Positions 29,768 to 39,695 of a stretch of 54,820 nucleotides of DNA are shown piece after piece (within the stretch, counting starts at the first letter, position 1; each line of letters starts with the position of its first letter). A program made the position numbers and the translations under genes. The stretch comes from a bacterium (GTDB lineage Bacteria; Acidobacteriota; Blastocatellia; HR10): the NCBI GenBank assembly GCA_041640655.1, contig JBEPZV010000014.1, positions 1 through 54,820 of the forward strand, in the 5' to 3' direction. The notes under the pieces were generated by a model. It saw only the letters and a list, made by a program, of their open reading frames with translations, was not told the origin of the DNA and searched no databases.

Positions 29768-30633
29768 TGTCGGTGAGGACGATTCGTCAGGCCCTGGAGT
29801 GGGCGTGGCGGTATCTCGACGGCGCGGGCGTTGAGGAGCCGCGTCGCGCGGCCAGCGCCTTGCTCGCTCACGTCCTGCGGCGGGACGTTCTCTACCTCCT
29901 GACGCGACCGGAGACACCGCTCTCCGAATCCGAATGGGAGAACTTCACCCACGCCATCGAGCGGCGAGCGCGTGGAGAACCGCTTCAATACATCACCGGA
30001 CATCAGGAATTCTTCGGACTCGATTTCCTGGTCACGCCCGACGTCTTGATTCCCCGGCCCGAGACGGAGTTGATCGTGGAGGCTGTTCTGGAGCGGGCGA
30101 CCGACGCCGATCGGCTCCTCGTGGATGTGGGGACGGGATCAGGCTGTCTGGCCGTGACGCTCGCCGTGCACCTCCCTCAGGCGCGTGTTCTGGCCCTGGA
30201 TATCTCGGAAGCTGCCCTGGCCGTCGCGCGCCGCAATGCCGAGCGACACGGTGTCCGCGAGCGGATCGAGTTCTTCGTGAGCGATCTCTTCTCGGCGCTG
30301 GAGGACATGCCGGATCCGCCTCAGGCCGATTTCATCGTCGCGAATCCGCCCTACATCTCGGAGTCGGAGTTCCCGACGCTCCCGCGCGAGGTCCGCGATT
30401 ATGAACCCCGGTGCGCATTGGTCGCCGGACCGGATGCGGCGGACGTCCACCGGCGGCTCTTCGCGCACAGTCCGAGATTCCTGAGGCCTGGGGGGTATCT
30501 CATCTGCGAGATGGGATACGGGCAATATCCCTCTCTGCGAGAACATCTGGAGGCGACCCCCTGGGAGGTGGTCGAGGTCAAACGCGATCTGCAGGGAATC
30601 GAGCGAACGCTCGTGTTGCGATGGCGATCATGA
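29767..30633 (+). CDS. prmC: Release factor glutamine methyltransferase
   Basis: 'GEPLQYITG', 'VLIPRPETE', 'DVGTGSG', 'NPPY'. Confidence 0.97.
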   Translation: MSVRTIRQALEWAWRYLDGAGVEEPRRAASALLAHVLRRDVLYLLTRPETPLSESEWENFTHAIERRARGEPLQYITGHQEFFGLDFLVTPDVLIPRPETELIVEAVLERATDADRLLVDVGTGSGCLAVTLAVHLPQARVLALDISEAALAVARRNAERHGVRERIEFFVSDLFSALEDMPDPPQADFIVANPPYISESEFPTLPREVRDYEPRCALVAGPDAADVHRRLFAHSPRFLRPGGYLICEMGYGQYPSLREHLEATPWEVVEVKRDLQGIERTLVLRWRS

Positions 30634-30762
30634 CCGAAACGGCGCGCCCATCCTTCCCTCATGGCCGCGAGTGTGGGAAAATAAACCCTTCGGCGCAGGC
30701 ACGAACTGCAAGGGAGGGGATGCTCGGTGACGAGGACGACAGACGATGTTGGAGACGTGGCG

Positions 30763-31119
30763 ATGAGCGGATACGAACTCGATTGCGTCTTCTGTCACAT
30801 TGCGACCGGAGATCATCCGGCCGAGATCCTCTATCAGGACGATCAGGTGGTCGCCTTCAAGGACATCAATCCGCAGGCGCCGTGGCATATCCTGATCATC
30901 CCCCGCGAGCACATGGATTCGCTCAATGACGCCGCGGCTCAGGACGAAGCCGTGCTCGGACATATGTTGCGGGTCGCCTCGAAGGTGGCGAATCAGGTGG
31001 GGATCGCCGAGGAGGGATACCGGGTGGTCATCAACACGGGGCCGCGAGCGGGGCAGAGCGTGTTCCATCTCCATCTCCATCTTCTTGGCGGGCGCCCTCT
31101 GCGATGGCCTCCCGGATGA
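30763..31119 (+). CDS. HIT-family nucleotide-binding protein (Hint-like)
   Basis: 'CVFCHI', 'AFKDINPQAP.H.LIIP', 'GQSVFHLHLHLLGG'. Confidence 0.95.
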   Translation: MSGYELDCVFCHIATGDHPAEILYQDDQVVAFKDINPQAPWHILIIPREHMDSLNDAAAQDEAVLGHMLRVASKVANQVGIAEEGYRVVINTGPRAGQSVFHLHLHLLGGRPLRWPPG

Positions 31120-31125
31120 AGAGCC

Positions 31126-31983
31126 ATGCGCATCCCATTCTATAAGCTTCAGGCCCTGGGCAACGACTTCATCGTCATCGCTCGGGAGCATCTCCCTGAG
31201 GAGGACGCCGTGGGGCGTTGGGTGACGCGCTGGTGTCATCGCCATTTCGGCATCGGCGCCGATGGCGTCATCCTCGTCACGCCCCTGTCCCCGGGATCGG
31301 AGGCGGATTTCGAGATGCGCTTGTGGAACGCTGATGGGACGGAGGCCGAGATCTCCGGCAATGGGATTCGGTGCCTGGCGGCCTATCTCCTCTTCACCCA
31401 TCGCTGGCAGGAGCCGAGCGTTCGGATCCGGACGAAGGCGGGCGTGAAGCGCCTGGAGCAGATTCGCCAAGAAGGGGCGCGCTTTGAATTCCTCACCGAT
31501 ATGGGGACGCCCGCGCTCTCCAGCGAAGCGATCCCCATGGCTTTGGAGCCCGCGCGATCGCGCGTCATCGGATTCCCGATCCGAATCGGCGAGCGCGAGA
31601 TTTCGATCACTGCCTGTTCGATGGGGAATCCGCATTGCGTCGTGTTCGTGGATGATCTCGCTGCTGTGGACGTCCGGGGACTGGGATCCACCCTCGAACG
31701 ACATCCCCTCTTCCCCGAGCGCACCAACGTGGAGTTCGTGCGGATTCGCGATCGTCGGAATCTCGAGATGCGCATCTGGGAGCGCGGCGTCGGGGAGACG
31801 CTCGCCTCAGGGACGGGAGCCTCGGCGGCTCTGGTGGCTGCGGTGCTCAATGGGCTCGCGGAGCGGGAGGCATGGGTGCATACCTCGACGGGCGCTCTGC
31901 ACGTGCAGTGGCGACCGGATGGCCATATCGTCGTCGTGGGATCGGCGGAGGTCATCTGCTGGGGAGAGTGGGTGGGCGAATGA
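31126..31983 (+). CDS. dapF: Diaminopimelate epimerase
   Basis: 'GNDF', 'GIGADG', 'NADG.EAEISGNGIRC', 'MGNPHCV', 'ERGVGETLASGTG'. Confidence 0.93.
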   Translation: MRIPFYKLQALGNDFIVIAREHLPEEDAVGRWVTRWCHRHFGIGADGVILVTPLSPGSEADFEMRLWNADGTEAEISGNGIRCLAAYLLFTHRWQEPSVRIRTKAGVKRLEQIRQEGARFEFLTDMGTPALSSEAIPMALEPARSRVIGFPIRIGEREISITACSMGNPHCVVFVDDLAAVDVRGLGSTLERHPLFPERTNVEFVRIRDRRNLEMRIWERGVGETLASGTGASAALVAAVLNGLAEREAWVHTSTGALHVQWRPDGHIVVVGSAEVICWGEWVGE

Positions 31984-32228
31984 GCCGGGAAGATCAACGC
32001 TTTGTCCTTCTCGCTCGATTCACCACGGTCGTCGAGGCCGAGATGGTGAGGGAACTACTCGCCCGCGAGGGGATTCCAGTGATGCTCACCGGGACGAGCG
32101 ATCCCCTGGGGATCGTGAGCGGCGCTCAGCCGATCCTGCTTCTGGTCGCCGAATCCGAGCGGGAACGAGCGGAGTCCTTGTACCGCGCGTTCTTCCAAAA
32201 GCCGTTCTCCGAGGAGTCAGAGAGCTGA
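31980..32228 (+). CDS. Small DUF2007-like (putative signal-transducing) protein
   Basis: ATGA-coupled to dapF; 'EAEMVRELLAREGIP...LLVAESERERA'. Confidence 0.75.
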   Translation: MSREDQRFVLLARFTTVVEAEMVRELLAREGIPVMLTGTSDPLGIVSGAQPILLLVAESERERAESLYRAFFQKPFSEESES

Positions 32229-32233
32229 CGGTC

Positions 32234-32977
32234 ATGCTCGGGAGAACCTTCGCGGTCCTCGCGCGCCGACTCGCCGACGACCTCTTGAGCCTTCTCTTTC
32301 CCACACTGTGCGCCCTGTGTGGGGAACCCGTGGACTCGCTCGCCGATGGGATCACGTGCGCCGCGTGTTGGTCCGATGTGGGCGCTCTCCCGACATCCGC
32401 TCGATGCCCTCGGTGTCATGCCCCGAAGGGCACTGAGGCGGCGACGACCGACTGCCCGGCGTGCCAGGGGATGATGCTGGACGGCCTGCGATATATCGGC
32501 CCTTATCACGGGGTCCTTCGGGCCCACGTCCTCTTCCTGAAGAGGAGGCCGCAGGTGTGTCGGCGCCTGCGAGAGAAGATCCGGAAGGTGTTGGCCGAGG
32601 AATCGGCCTTTCGTGATGTGGCGATTGTGCTCCCGGTCCCGCTTCATCCCCGACGACTTCGCGAGCGGGGGTATAATCAGGCAGAGCTTCTGGCCGAAGA
32701 GGCGGCGCGCGCGCTCGCTCGACCTCTGGAGACAGGTGTCCTGCGGCGGATCCTCTACACGGAGCCCCATCGAGCGGGGATGGATGCGCTGGCGCGCGCG
32801 CGCCGTGTCGCCGGAAGTTTCGCCGTGACTTCCGCCGAGGCCGTTCGAGGGCGCGTCATCCTCCTGGTGGACGATGTCTTCACCAGCGGAGCGACGTTGA
32901 ACGAATGCGCTCGGACGCTGCGGCGCTCGGGCGCGCGCGCCGTTTATGGATTCGTCCTCGCGCGCGCCCTCACCTGA
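32234..32977 (+). CDS. comF: ComF-family protein (Zn ribbon plus phosphoribosyltransferase domain)
   Basis: CxxC pairs, 'PVPLHPRRLRERGYNQAE', 'LLVDDVFTSGATL'. Confidence 0.93.
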   Translation: MLGRTFAVLARRLADDLLSLLFPTLCALCGEPVDSLADGITCAACWSDVGALPTSARCPRCHAPKGTEAATTDCPACQGMMLDGLRYIGPYHGVLRAHVLFLKRRPQVCRRLREKIRKVLAEESAFRDVAIVLPVPLHPRRLRERGYNQAELLAEEAARALARPLETGVLRRILYTEPHRAGMDALARARRVAGSFAVTSAEAVRGRVILLVDDVFTSGATLNECARTLRRSGARAVYGFVLARALT

Positions 32978-32982
32978 TCGGT

Positions 32983-34062
32983 TCAGCGCGGTGAGCCGGC
33001 GGGCGGCGTCGGAAGCGTGATCGGGCGCAGACCGCCGAAGTTCGCCGGGTTCTCCAGCATCCGCCGCGCGAGCAGATTCTCCACGCGCGATTCGGCCAAA
33101 GCCAGGCGGGTGACCGCCGTCTGCAGCACCTGCTCTCGTTGGTCGCGCAGCTCCTCGGCGATCTGAGCGCGTACTTCATCGAGCGTCAGCTCGCGATCGC
33201 GCTGAATGCGCCGCACGAGCTTCAAGATGAGCCAGGCGTTCCCGATTCGGATCGGCTCAGTGATGTCCCCTTCGCGCATCGCCAGGAGGCGAGAGCGCAG
33301 CGCTTCCGGAAATTGTTCAGCCGTCTCAGGGAAGAATCCCCAGTTCCCGCCCCGAGCCGCCGTCAGGGGATCCTCAGAGCGACGCGCGGCGACGGTGGTG
33401 AAATCGGCCCCGCGCCGGAGCTGCTCGTAAATCTCGCGAATCTTTCGCTCAGCCGCTTCCGCCCCGATGGCGTCGTCAGGGACATTGTCCTTCTCCGGCG
33501 TCACCACGATGCGCGCCAGAGCGAAACCCCGTCGCTCCACGAATTGAGCCTTGTTGGCGTTGTAGAAGTCCTCGATCTCGCGGTCGGTGACCGTGATGCG
33601 GGGGGTCACCTCGCGATCGAAGAGCTTCTTGATCGCCAATTGGCGGCGGATCTCGCGCCGGAATTGCTCCTCGGTCTGTCCCAGCTCGCGCAGCGTTCGC
33701 TGAAAGCCCTCCTCGCTCAATCCCCGTTCGCGCTTGAACTGCTGGATGCCTTGCGTGATCTCCTCCTCGGTCGGCAGAAGCCCCAGGCGTTCCGCCTTCT
33801 GATAAAGGGCCTGCTGCGTGATGAGATTCTCGAGGATCTGCAGCCGCGCGGCCGCCAGCTCGGCGGGCGTCGGGGGCGCCTGTCCCTGTTGCGCGCCAGC
33901 GCGCAGCTGCTGTTCGAGGAGCCGGTCCACCTCCGCGATCGTGATCTCCACGCCGTTGACCCGCGCGGCCACGTCTTCGGCCGTCGCGCGGCTCTGTTGA
34001 TCCTTACACGCGCTGAGCGCGAGTCCCATGCACAGCGCTCCGAGGACGATGGCTTCTCTCAT
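32983..34062 (-). CDS. SurA/PrsA-like parvulin peptidyl-prolyl isomerase, lipoprotein
   Basis: Lipobox LSAC, 'AARVNGVEIT', rotamase 'DFTTVAARRSED...GGNWG...GDITEPI'. Confidence 0.88.
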   Translation of the reverse strand: MREAIVLGALCMGLALSACKDQQSRATAEDVAARVNGVEITIAEVDRLLEQQLRAGAQQGQAPPTPAELAAARLQILENLITQQALYQKAERLGLLPTEEEITQGIQQFKRERGLSEEGFQRTLRELGQTEEQFRREIRRQLAIKKLFDREVTPRITVTDREIEDFYNANKAQFVERRGFALARIVVTPEKDNVPDDAIGAEAAERKIREIYEQLRRGADFTTVAARRSEDPLTAARGGNWGFFPETAEQFPEALRSRLLAMREGDITEPIRIGNAWLILKLVRRIQRDRELTLDEVRAQIAEELRDQREQVLQTAVTRLALAESRVENLLARRMLENPANFGGLRPITLPTPPAGSPR

Positions 34063-34074
34063 GATCCCTCCCAC

Positions 34075-34103
34075 TTGACGAAGTCGGCGATCTTTGCTAC
34101 GGT
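34075..34103 (+). promoter_or_regulatory. Putative promoter for rpmB
   Basis: TTGACG-N17-TACGGT with TGn extension. Confidence 0.4.
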
Positions 34104-34146
34104 TTTGCCCTGTTGTGATCGAATCGGAGTGGGATTGCGACGCGAC

Positions 34147-34338
34147 ATGGCACAACGGTGCGTCATTTGCGGCAAAGGGCCACAGTTCGGACATCGGGTC
34201 AGCCACGCGGGCAATCGCACGAAGCATAAGTTCGAGCCGAATCTGCATCGCGTGCGCGCGCGCATCAACGGTTCTGTCCGGCGCATCCGCGTCTGCACGC
34301 GATGTCTGAAGGCGGGGAAGGTCGTCAAGGCCGCGTGA
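34147..34338 (+). CDS. rpmB: 50S ribosomal protein L28 (Zn-ribbon form)
   Basis: MAQRCVICGKGPQFGHRVSHAGNRTKHKFEPNL...VCTRCLKAGKV; both CxxC pairs intact. Confidence 0.97.
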   Translation: MAQRCVICGKGPQFGHRVSHAGNRTKHKFEPNLHRVRARINGSVRRIRVCTRCLKAGKVVKAA

Positions 34339-34345
34339 TCTCCCG

Positions 34346-34726
34346 TCAGAGCGTGGCGATGGCGTCCATCTCGATCCGCGCATCGCGGGGCAGTCGCGAG
34401 ACCTCGACGGTCGCGCGCGCTGGTTTCTCCCCGGGGAAATAGCGAGCATAGACCTCGTTCATCTTCGCGAAGTCATTGAGATCCGCCAGATACACCGTCG
34501 TCTTCACGACCTTCTCCAGAGACGACCCGGCGGCTTCCAGGATGGCTCGAAGATTCTGTAAGACGCGCTCGGTTTGCTCCTCAATCCCCCCGGGGACCAG
34601 ATCGCCCGTCTCGGGATCGAGCGCGATTTGTCCGGAGACGAAGACCCATTCGCCCACTTGGACGGCTTGCACATAGGGTCCGATGGCGCGTGGGGCCCGA
34701 TCCGTAGCGATGGTTCGTCGTACCAT
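34346..34726 (-). CDS. RidA/YjgF-family reactive intermediate deaminase
   Basis: 'APRAIGPY', 'SGQI', 'VVKTTVYL', '[10 protein letters not shown]...IE'. Confidence 0.95.
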   Translation of the reverse strand: MVRRTIATDRAPRAIGPYVQAVQVGEWVFVSGQIALDPETGDLVPGGIEEQTERVLQNLRAILEAAGSSLEKVVKTTVYLADLNDFAKMNEVYARYFPGEKPARATVEVSRLPRDARIEMDAIATL

Positions 34727-36904
34727 TCACCTCTCCTCCCGTTCGACATCAATGACGCCTTCGACGGCGCGAACTGCGCTGATGACGCGTTCCAGGTGCT
34801 TCAGATCGAAGATCTCGACCGTGAGGCGGATCTCACCACGTCCATCCGACGTCGTGCGGGCGCGCGCGTCCCGGATGTTCGTCTTGATGTTCGCGATGGC
34901 CGAGGTGATGCCGGCCAGGACGCCCGGTCGGTCCTCGACGACGACGTACAGCGGGACGGCATAGGGCTCGTTCTCCCCCCCGCGCGTCCATTCCACCTCG
35001 ACGATGCGCTCGCGATTGACGAGCAGAGCGGGAACATTGCTGCATCGTCGCGCGTGGACGGCGACGCCTCGCCCTCGGGTGATGTACCCGATGATCTCCT
35101 CTCCGCGGATGGGATTGCAGCAGCGCGCTCGGTAGACCATCAGGTCTTCGACGCCGCGGACGCGAATGGGCGCTTCTCGAAGGCCCAGAGCTTTCTTGAC
35201 CCGCTCGGTGACCTCCAAGAGCTTGGACTTCGGTCGCTCCTCCAGCTCGGCGAGCGCGTCGGCCGGGACGAAGCGCGTGAGGACGCTGCGCGCGGAGACC
35301 TTCCCATAGCCAATGGCGGCCAGCAGATCCTCGACTTTCTGGTAGCCGTAGTCCGGGGCGACCTTCTCCAGCTCCCCGTTGTCGAGCACGGTCTTGAGCT
35401 TGAGGTGCAGCTTCTCGGCCTCCCGCTCCAGCAGTCGTTGGCCCAGCTCCACCGCCTGCCGATGCTCTTGCTCGCGGAGCCATCGCCGAATCTTCGTGCG
35501 CGCGCGATTGGTCTTCACAAAGCGCAGCCAATCGCGACTCGGATGCTGATTCGGCGAGGTGAGGATCTCGATGATGTCACCCGTTCGAATTTGATACCGC
35601 AGCGGGACGAGCCGTCCGTTCACCTTCGCCCCCGCGCAGTGGTGGCCGATCTCCGTGTGGATGGCGTAGGCGAAATCGATGGGCGTCGCACCCTGAGGCA
35701 ATTCGATGACCTTCCCCTTGGGCGTGAAGGCGAAGACCTCCCGGGGGGAGAGATCCAGCTTCAGATCTTCGAGGAATTCACGAGCATCGTGGGCCTCCTG
35801 CTGCTCATCGAGCAAGCGGCGAAGCCAGGCGATCATCTTGTCCTCAGCATGCGCGCCGAGCTTCCCCTCCTTGTATTTCCAGTGAGCGGCGATGCCCTCC
35901 TCGGCCACCCGGTGCATCTCCTCGGTGCGGATCTGGACTTCAAAGGGTTGCCCGTTCTCGCTGACGACCGACGTGTGCAGCGACTGATACATGTTCTCGC
36001 GCGGAGTGGCGATCCAATCGCGGAATCGCCCGGGAATGGGGTTCCAGTTCTGATGAATGATCCCCAGGGCGGCGTAGCAATCGCGCACACTGGGGACGAT
36101 CACGCGCACGGCCATCAGATCGTAGACCTGATCGAGGGGGACCTTCTTCCGCCGCATCTTCTGGAAGATGCTGTAGAGACGCTTGACGCGCCCTTCGATG
36201 GCGATCACCGGGATCCCCTCCGCTTCGAGCTGGGCGCGCATCTGCTTTTTCAGCTCCTCCAGATGCGCCTCCAGGTGCGGGCGTTTCCGATCAATGGACT
36301 CTTTGAGCCGCTGATAGTCCTCCGGATAGAGATATTTGAACGCCAGGTCTTCGAGTTCGCCGCGAATACGGCCCATACCGAGGCGGTGGGCGATGGGGGC
36401 GAAGACATCGAGCGTCTCCTGCGCGATGCGGATCTGCTTCTCGCGGGGCAGTGGGGCCAGCGTTCGCATGTTGTGCAGCCGATCCGCCAATTTCACCAGG
36501 ATCACGCGGACATCGTCCACCATCGCCAGGACCATCTTCCGCAAGCTCTCGGCCTGCGCTTCCTCCCGCGAGGCGAACGTAATCTGGCTGATCTTCGTCA
36601 CGCCGTTGACGATACGGGCGATCTCCGGACCGAAATATCCCTCCAGTTCCTGAAGCGTGACGCCGCAGTCCTCGATGACGTCGTGCAAGAGTCCGGCGCT
36701 GACGGTGATGACGTCGAGCCGTTGGTCGGCCAGGATATTAGCGACTTCGAGCGGGTGCACGAGATACGGCTCTCCGGTGAGGCGCACTTGCCCGCGATGC
36801 TCGCGCGCCGAGAAGATATAGGCGCGACGCAACAGCTCCAGATCGGCCTCCGGATGGTATCGCTCGACCTTCTCCAAAATGTCTTCGAACCGAATCACCG
36901 GCAT
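34727..36904 (-). CDS. relA: Bifunctional (p)ppGpp synthetase/hydrolase (Rel/SpoT)
   Basis: Intact hydrolase 'LLHDVIED', 'KLADRLHNMRT'; synthetase 'YQSLHT', 'EVQIRT'; TGS, ZFD and ACT domains. Confidence 0.97.
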   Translation of the reverse strand: MPVIRFEDILEKVERYHPEADLELLRRAYIFSAREHRGQVRLTGEPYLVHPLEVANILADQRLDVITVSAGLLHDVIEDCGVTLQELEGYFGPEIARIVNGVTKISQITFASREEAQAESLRKMVLAMVDDVRVILVKLADRLHNMRTLAPLPREKQIRIAQETLDVFAPIAHRLGMGRIRGELEDLAFKYLYPEDYQRLKESIDRKRPHLEAHLEELKKQMRAQLEAEGIPVIAIEGRVKRLYSIFQKMRRKKVPLDQVYDLMAVRVIVPSVRDCYAALGIIHQNWNPIPGRFRDWIATPRENMYQSLHTSVVSENGQPFEVQIRTEEMHRVAEEGIAAHWKYKEGKLGAHAEDKMIAWLRRLLDEQQEAHDAREFLEDLKLDLSPREVFAFTPKGKVIELPQGATPIDFAYAIHTEIGHHCAGAKVNGRLVPLRYQIRTGDIIEILTSPNQHPSRDWLRFVKTNRARTKIRRWLREQEHRQAVELGQRLLEREAEKLHLKLKTVLDNGELEKVAPDYGYQKVEDLLAAIGYGKVSARSVLTRFVPADALAELEERPKSKLLEVTERVKKALGLREAPIRVRGVEDLMVYRARCCNPIRGEEIIGYITRGRGVAVHARRCSNVPALLVNRERIVEVEWTRGGENEPYAVPLYVVVEDRPGVLAGITSAIANIKTNIRDARARTTSDGRGEIRLTVEIFDLKHLERVISAVRAVEGVIDVEREER

Positions 36905-36988
36905 CCTCCCCGGACGACCCGCTTCTATTCTATCGGATGCGCCTCGGGTTCGACCAGATGCGGGGGCGTCCCGCTCTCCGCCGGAGAT

Positions 36989-37030
36989 AAAAAAAGGTGG
37001 AGGAACTCACTGCGCGTGAATTCTCCACCC
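36989..37030 (-). terminator. Intrinsic terminator after the tonB-exbB-exbD-exbD-TPR unit
   Basis: Minus-strand stem GGTGGAGAATTCAC / GTGAGTTCCTCCACC followed by T7. Confidence 0.85.
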
Positions 37031-37055
37031 GCGTGTGACCGACCCGCGATCAGCG

Positions 37056-37895
37056 CTACGTGGATTTCTGCGCCTGTTGCTGCTTCTGCTGTTCTTCCCG
37101 CCGCTTATTCAACTCGATGGCCCGATCACGCGCTTGATCGGCCAGGCGCGTCAGCTCGGCTCTCACCCGCGGATCCTTCTCGACCTTCGCCTGTTCGCGA
37201 TAGAGCAGATTGATGTACGCCCAGGCGTCTCCGTATTCCGGATTCAGCTCGACGGCTTTGTTGAGGTATTCCATCCCCTTCTGGACCAAGGCCTTCACCT
37301 TCGGGACTTCGCTCTCGGGCACATTCCACGTGATCGGTTGCGGCGGGCGATTCACCTGATAAGGCTGCGTCAGTTGGAAGGATTCTTGCCAATAGCCTTG
37401 TCCGAGCGTGTAGTAGATCTCGGCTTTGGCCTTATTATCCAGGCCGGGGACCTCCAGTCGCTTGAGCGTCCACTCGCGATACTTCTCCATGTGTTGCTCG
37501 CGCTCTTCTTCCGTCTCCGCCATGTCGGCCAGGTTCTTGTGAATCACCGCCAGGTAAGCGATGGCGTCGGCATTGGTCGGATCCTGCCGATGCACGTCCT
37601 CGTAGATCTTCAGCGCCTCCAGGGCCAACTGCTTATCATTGGTCAGATTGAACTTCGCGAACAGCCCTGCCGCGTAGTAGAGCCGCGCCTGCCCCATACG
37701 GGGATAGAGGTCCATGGCCTCCTTGAAGAGTCGAATGGCCTCATCGTAGTCGCCGCGGGCATAGGCGACGGCTCCATTATTCAGCCGGTCCTTCGCCTTG
37801 ACCATGCGATAGAGATCGGGTCCCTGCGTGGCGCCCAGCACGATCAGAACCCCCGCGAAGATCACGATGGCGATGATGAGTCCCTTCTTCTTCAC
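37056..37895 (-). CDS. Membrane-anchored TPR protein
   Basis: GTG start with SD; N-terminal TM helix; TPR helices such as 'GMEYLNKAVELNPEYGDAWAYINLLYR'. Confidence 0.85.
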   Translation of the reverse strand: MKKKGLIIAIVIFAGVLIVLGATQGPDLYRMVKAKDRLNNGAVAYARGDYDEAIRLFKEAMDLYPRMGQARLYYAAGLFAKFNLTNDKQLALEALKIYEDVHRQDPTNADAIAYLAVIHKNLADMAETEEEREQHMEKYREWTLKRLEVPGLDNKAKAEIYYTLGQGYWQESFQLTQPYQVNRPPQPITWNVPESEVPKVKALVQKGMEYLNKAVELNPEYGDAWAYINLLYREQAKVEKDPRVRAELTRLADQARDRAIELNKRREEQQKQQQAQKST

Positions 37896-37939
37896 CGTCT
37901 CCCCTCCCTCCTCAGCGAGAATCTCACGCGCGTGCGCGA

Positions 37940-38398
37940 TCAGCGCTCCGGTAGATCATCAATCTGCAGGCCGATGGGGGCCGCCCCGGCGTCCTTCACG
38001 ATGTCAATGACCCGGACGACCTCCCCGTAGAGCGTATTCCGAGGCGCGCGGATGAAGACGGAGCGTTGATCCGGCGGGCGCGCAGCGATGATCTCCCGCA
38101 ATTTCTCTCCGAGCGTCTCCTCGGTCACCGGCTCGACGTTGAGCTTGAGCCCCGCCAACCGACCGGAAGCGTCCGCTTCGACCAAGACGACGAGCGCCAG
38201 CGGATTACTCACGACGACGTTCTCCGGGGGCTTCTCCGGAATCTTCGACTCGAGCTTGCTCGGCTTGAGCGGCGTGATGGCCATGAAGATGATCAGGAGC
38301 ACGAGCAAGATGTCAATGAGCGGAACGACATTCATGTCCACCATCGGCTTGGCGGCCTCCGGTCGCTTATACTCTTCCTTTCCCGTCGGTATCGCCAT
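37940..38398 (-). CDS. exbD: ExbD/TolR-family protein (copy 2)
   Basis: 'MNVVPLIDILLVLLIIFM' with the conserved Asp; ATG 38398 with SD. Confidence 0.92.
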   Translation of the reverse strand: MAIPTGKEEYKRPEAAKPMVDMNVVPLIDILLVLLIIFMAITPLKPSKLESKIPEKPPENVVVSNPLALVVLVEADASGRLAGLKLNVEPVTEETLGEKLREIIAARPPDQRSVFIRAPRNTLYGEVVRVIDIVKDAGAAPIGLQIDDLPER

Positions 38399-38477
38399 GA
38401 TCCTTCCTCCCATGAGACGAGCGATCGGGAGAGCCGAACGGCCGGGAGCATCTCCCGGCTCGCCGCGCTCTCCCAGC

Positions 38478-38921
38478 TCAATCCGCTTGTCGTTTCGTCC
38501 GCTTGCCGGGATCCACGACCAGGCCGACGCGGTCCACACCAGCGCTGCGGATGGCGTTGATCACCCCCACGACGTTGTCGTAGCGCACCCGATTATCGGC
38601 CTTCACGTAGACGACGCGCTGGTCCAGAGGGCGCGCCTCCATGAGGCGGCGGATGCGCGTCTCCAGCTCGCTCTGACTCACCAGGTCGCGCCCCAGGTAG
38701 ATGGTCCCGTCAATCGGGATCGCGACGACGACCGCGCTCTCCTTATTGATGTCGGGATCCTCATCACCGTGCGGGGCTTTGGGCAGCGTCACAGCGATGC
38801 CGGCTTGCAGGAAGGGGGTGACGACCATCATGATGATGAGCAGCACCAGCATGATGTCGGCCATGGGGATGACGTTGATCTCGGCCATGACCCCCTTTCG
38901 TTCGCCAACTTGCATCCCCAT
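38478..38921 (-). CDS. exbD: ExbD/TolR-family protein (copy 1)
   Basis: 'INVIPMADIMLVLLIIMMV', 'VYVKAD', 'AGVDRVGL'. Confidence 0.93.
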   Translation of the reverse strand: MGMQVGERKGVMAEINVIPMADIMLVLLIIMMVVTPFLQAGIAVTLPKAPHGDEDPDINKESAVVVAIPIDGTIYLGRDLVSQSELETRIRRLMEARPLDQRVVYVKADNRVRYDNVVGVINAIRSAGVDRVGLVVDPGKRTKRQAD

Positions 38922-38927
38922 AGGCGT

Positions 38928-39668
38928 TCAGCTCCTTTGCTTGAGGAAGGGCATCAGCGCGACATCCACCAACTCGGAGGAGGAGTTCTCCATCTCCACG
39001 ATGAAGGACTCCATGCGGTTGGTGAAGTAGTTGAACATCCACACGGCCGGAATGGCCACGAAGAGCCCGAAGGCCGTATTCACCAGGGCTTCGGAGATAC
39101 CACCGGCCACCGCGGCGATCCCCGCCGTCTCCGCTTGCTTCAGCCCTTGGAAGGCGTTCACGATCCCGACAACGGTGCCGAACAGGCCGACGAAGGGCGC
39201 TGTCGAGCCGATCGTGGCCAGTTGCGACAATCCGCGCTTGAACTCGGCCGTCTTAATCGCAATCGCCCGCTGCAGGGCTCGGCGCGTCGCTTCCACGATC
39301 TCACCCGGAATATCGGTCGAGAGCTGATGCGAGCGAAACTCCTGAAGCCCCGCGTTGACGACCATCGCCAGATGGCTCTTCTTGTACCGGCTCGAGAGCG
39401 CGATGGCGTCGTCCAGACGCCCCTCGCGCAAGGCCGCCGCCACCTTCGGCGCGAACTCGCGCGATTGCTTCTTCGCCGCCGAGTAGGTGAGCAGCCGCTC
39501 GATCATCACCGCGATCGAATACATGGACATCAGGGACAGGATGATGATCACCACCAATCCCACCGTCCCCAACCGTTGCAGCATCGCCCAGAGCGTGAAC
39601 TCCACGGCTCCGGCACCCTCTTGCAAGAGCAAGCCGAGGCCGAGTTGTGTCCAGATGCTGTAGCTCAT
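38928..39668 (-). CDS. exbB: MotA/TolQ/ExbB proton channel protein
   Basis: '[20 protein letters not shown]', '[19 protein letters not shown]'. Confidence 0.94.
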   Translation of the reverse strand: MSYSIWTQLGLGLLLQEGAGAVEFTLWAMLQRLGTVGLVVIIILSLMSMYSIAVMIERLLTYSAAKKQSREFAPKVAAALREGRLDDAIALSSRYKKSHLAMVVNAGLQEFRSHQLSTDIPGEIVEATRRALQRAIAIKTAEFKRGLSQLATIGSTAPFVGLFGTVVGIVNAFQGLKQAETAGIAAVAGGISEALVNTAFGLFVAIPAVWMFNYFTNRMESFIVEMENSSSELVDVALMPFLKQRS

Positions 39669-39695
39669 AGCGTCTTTCCCCTCCCCTGTGAGATT

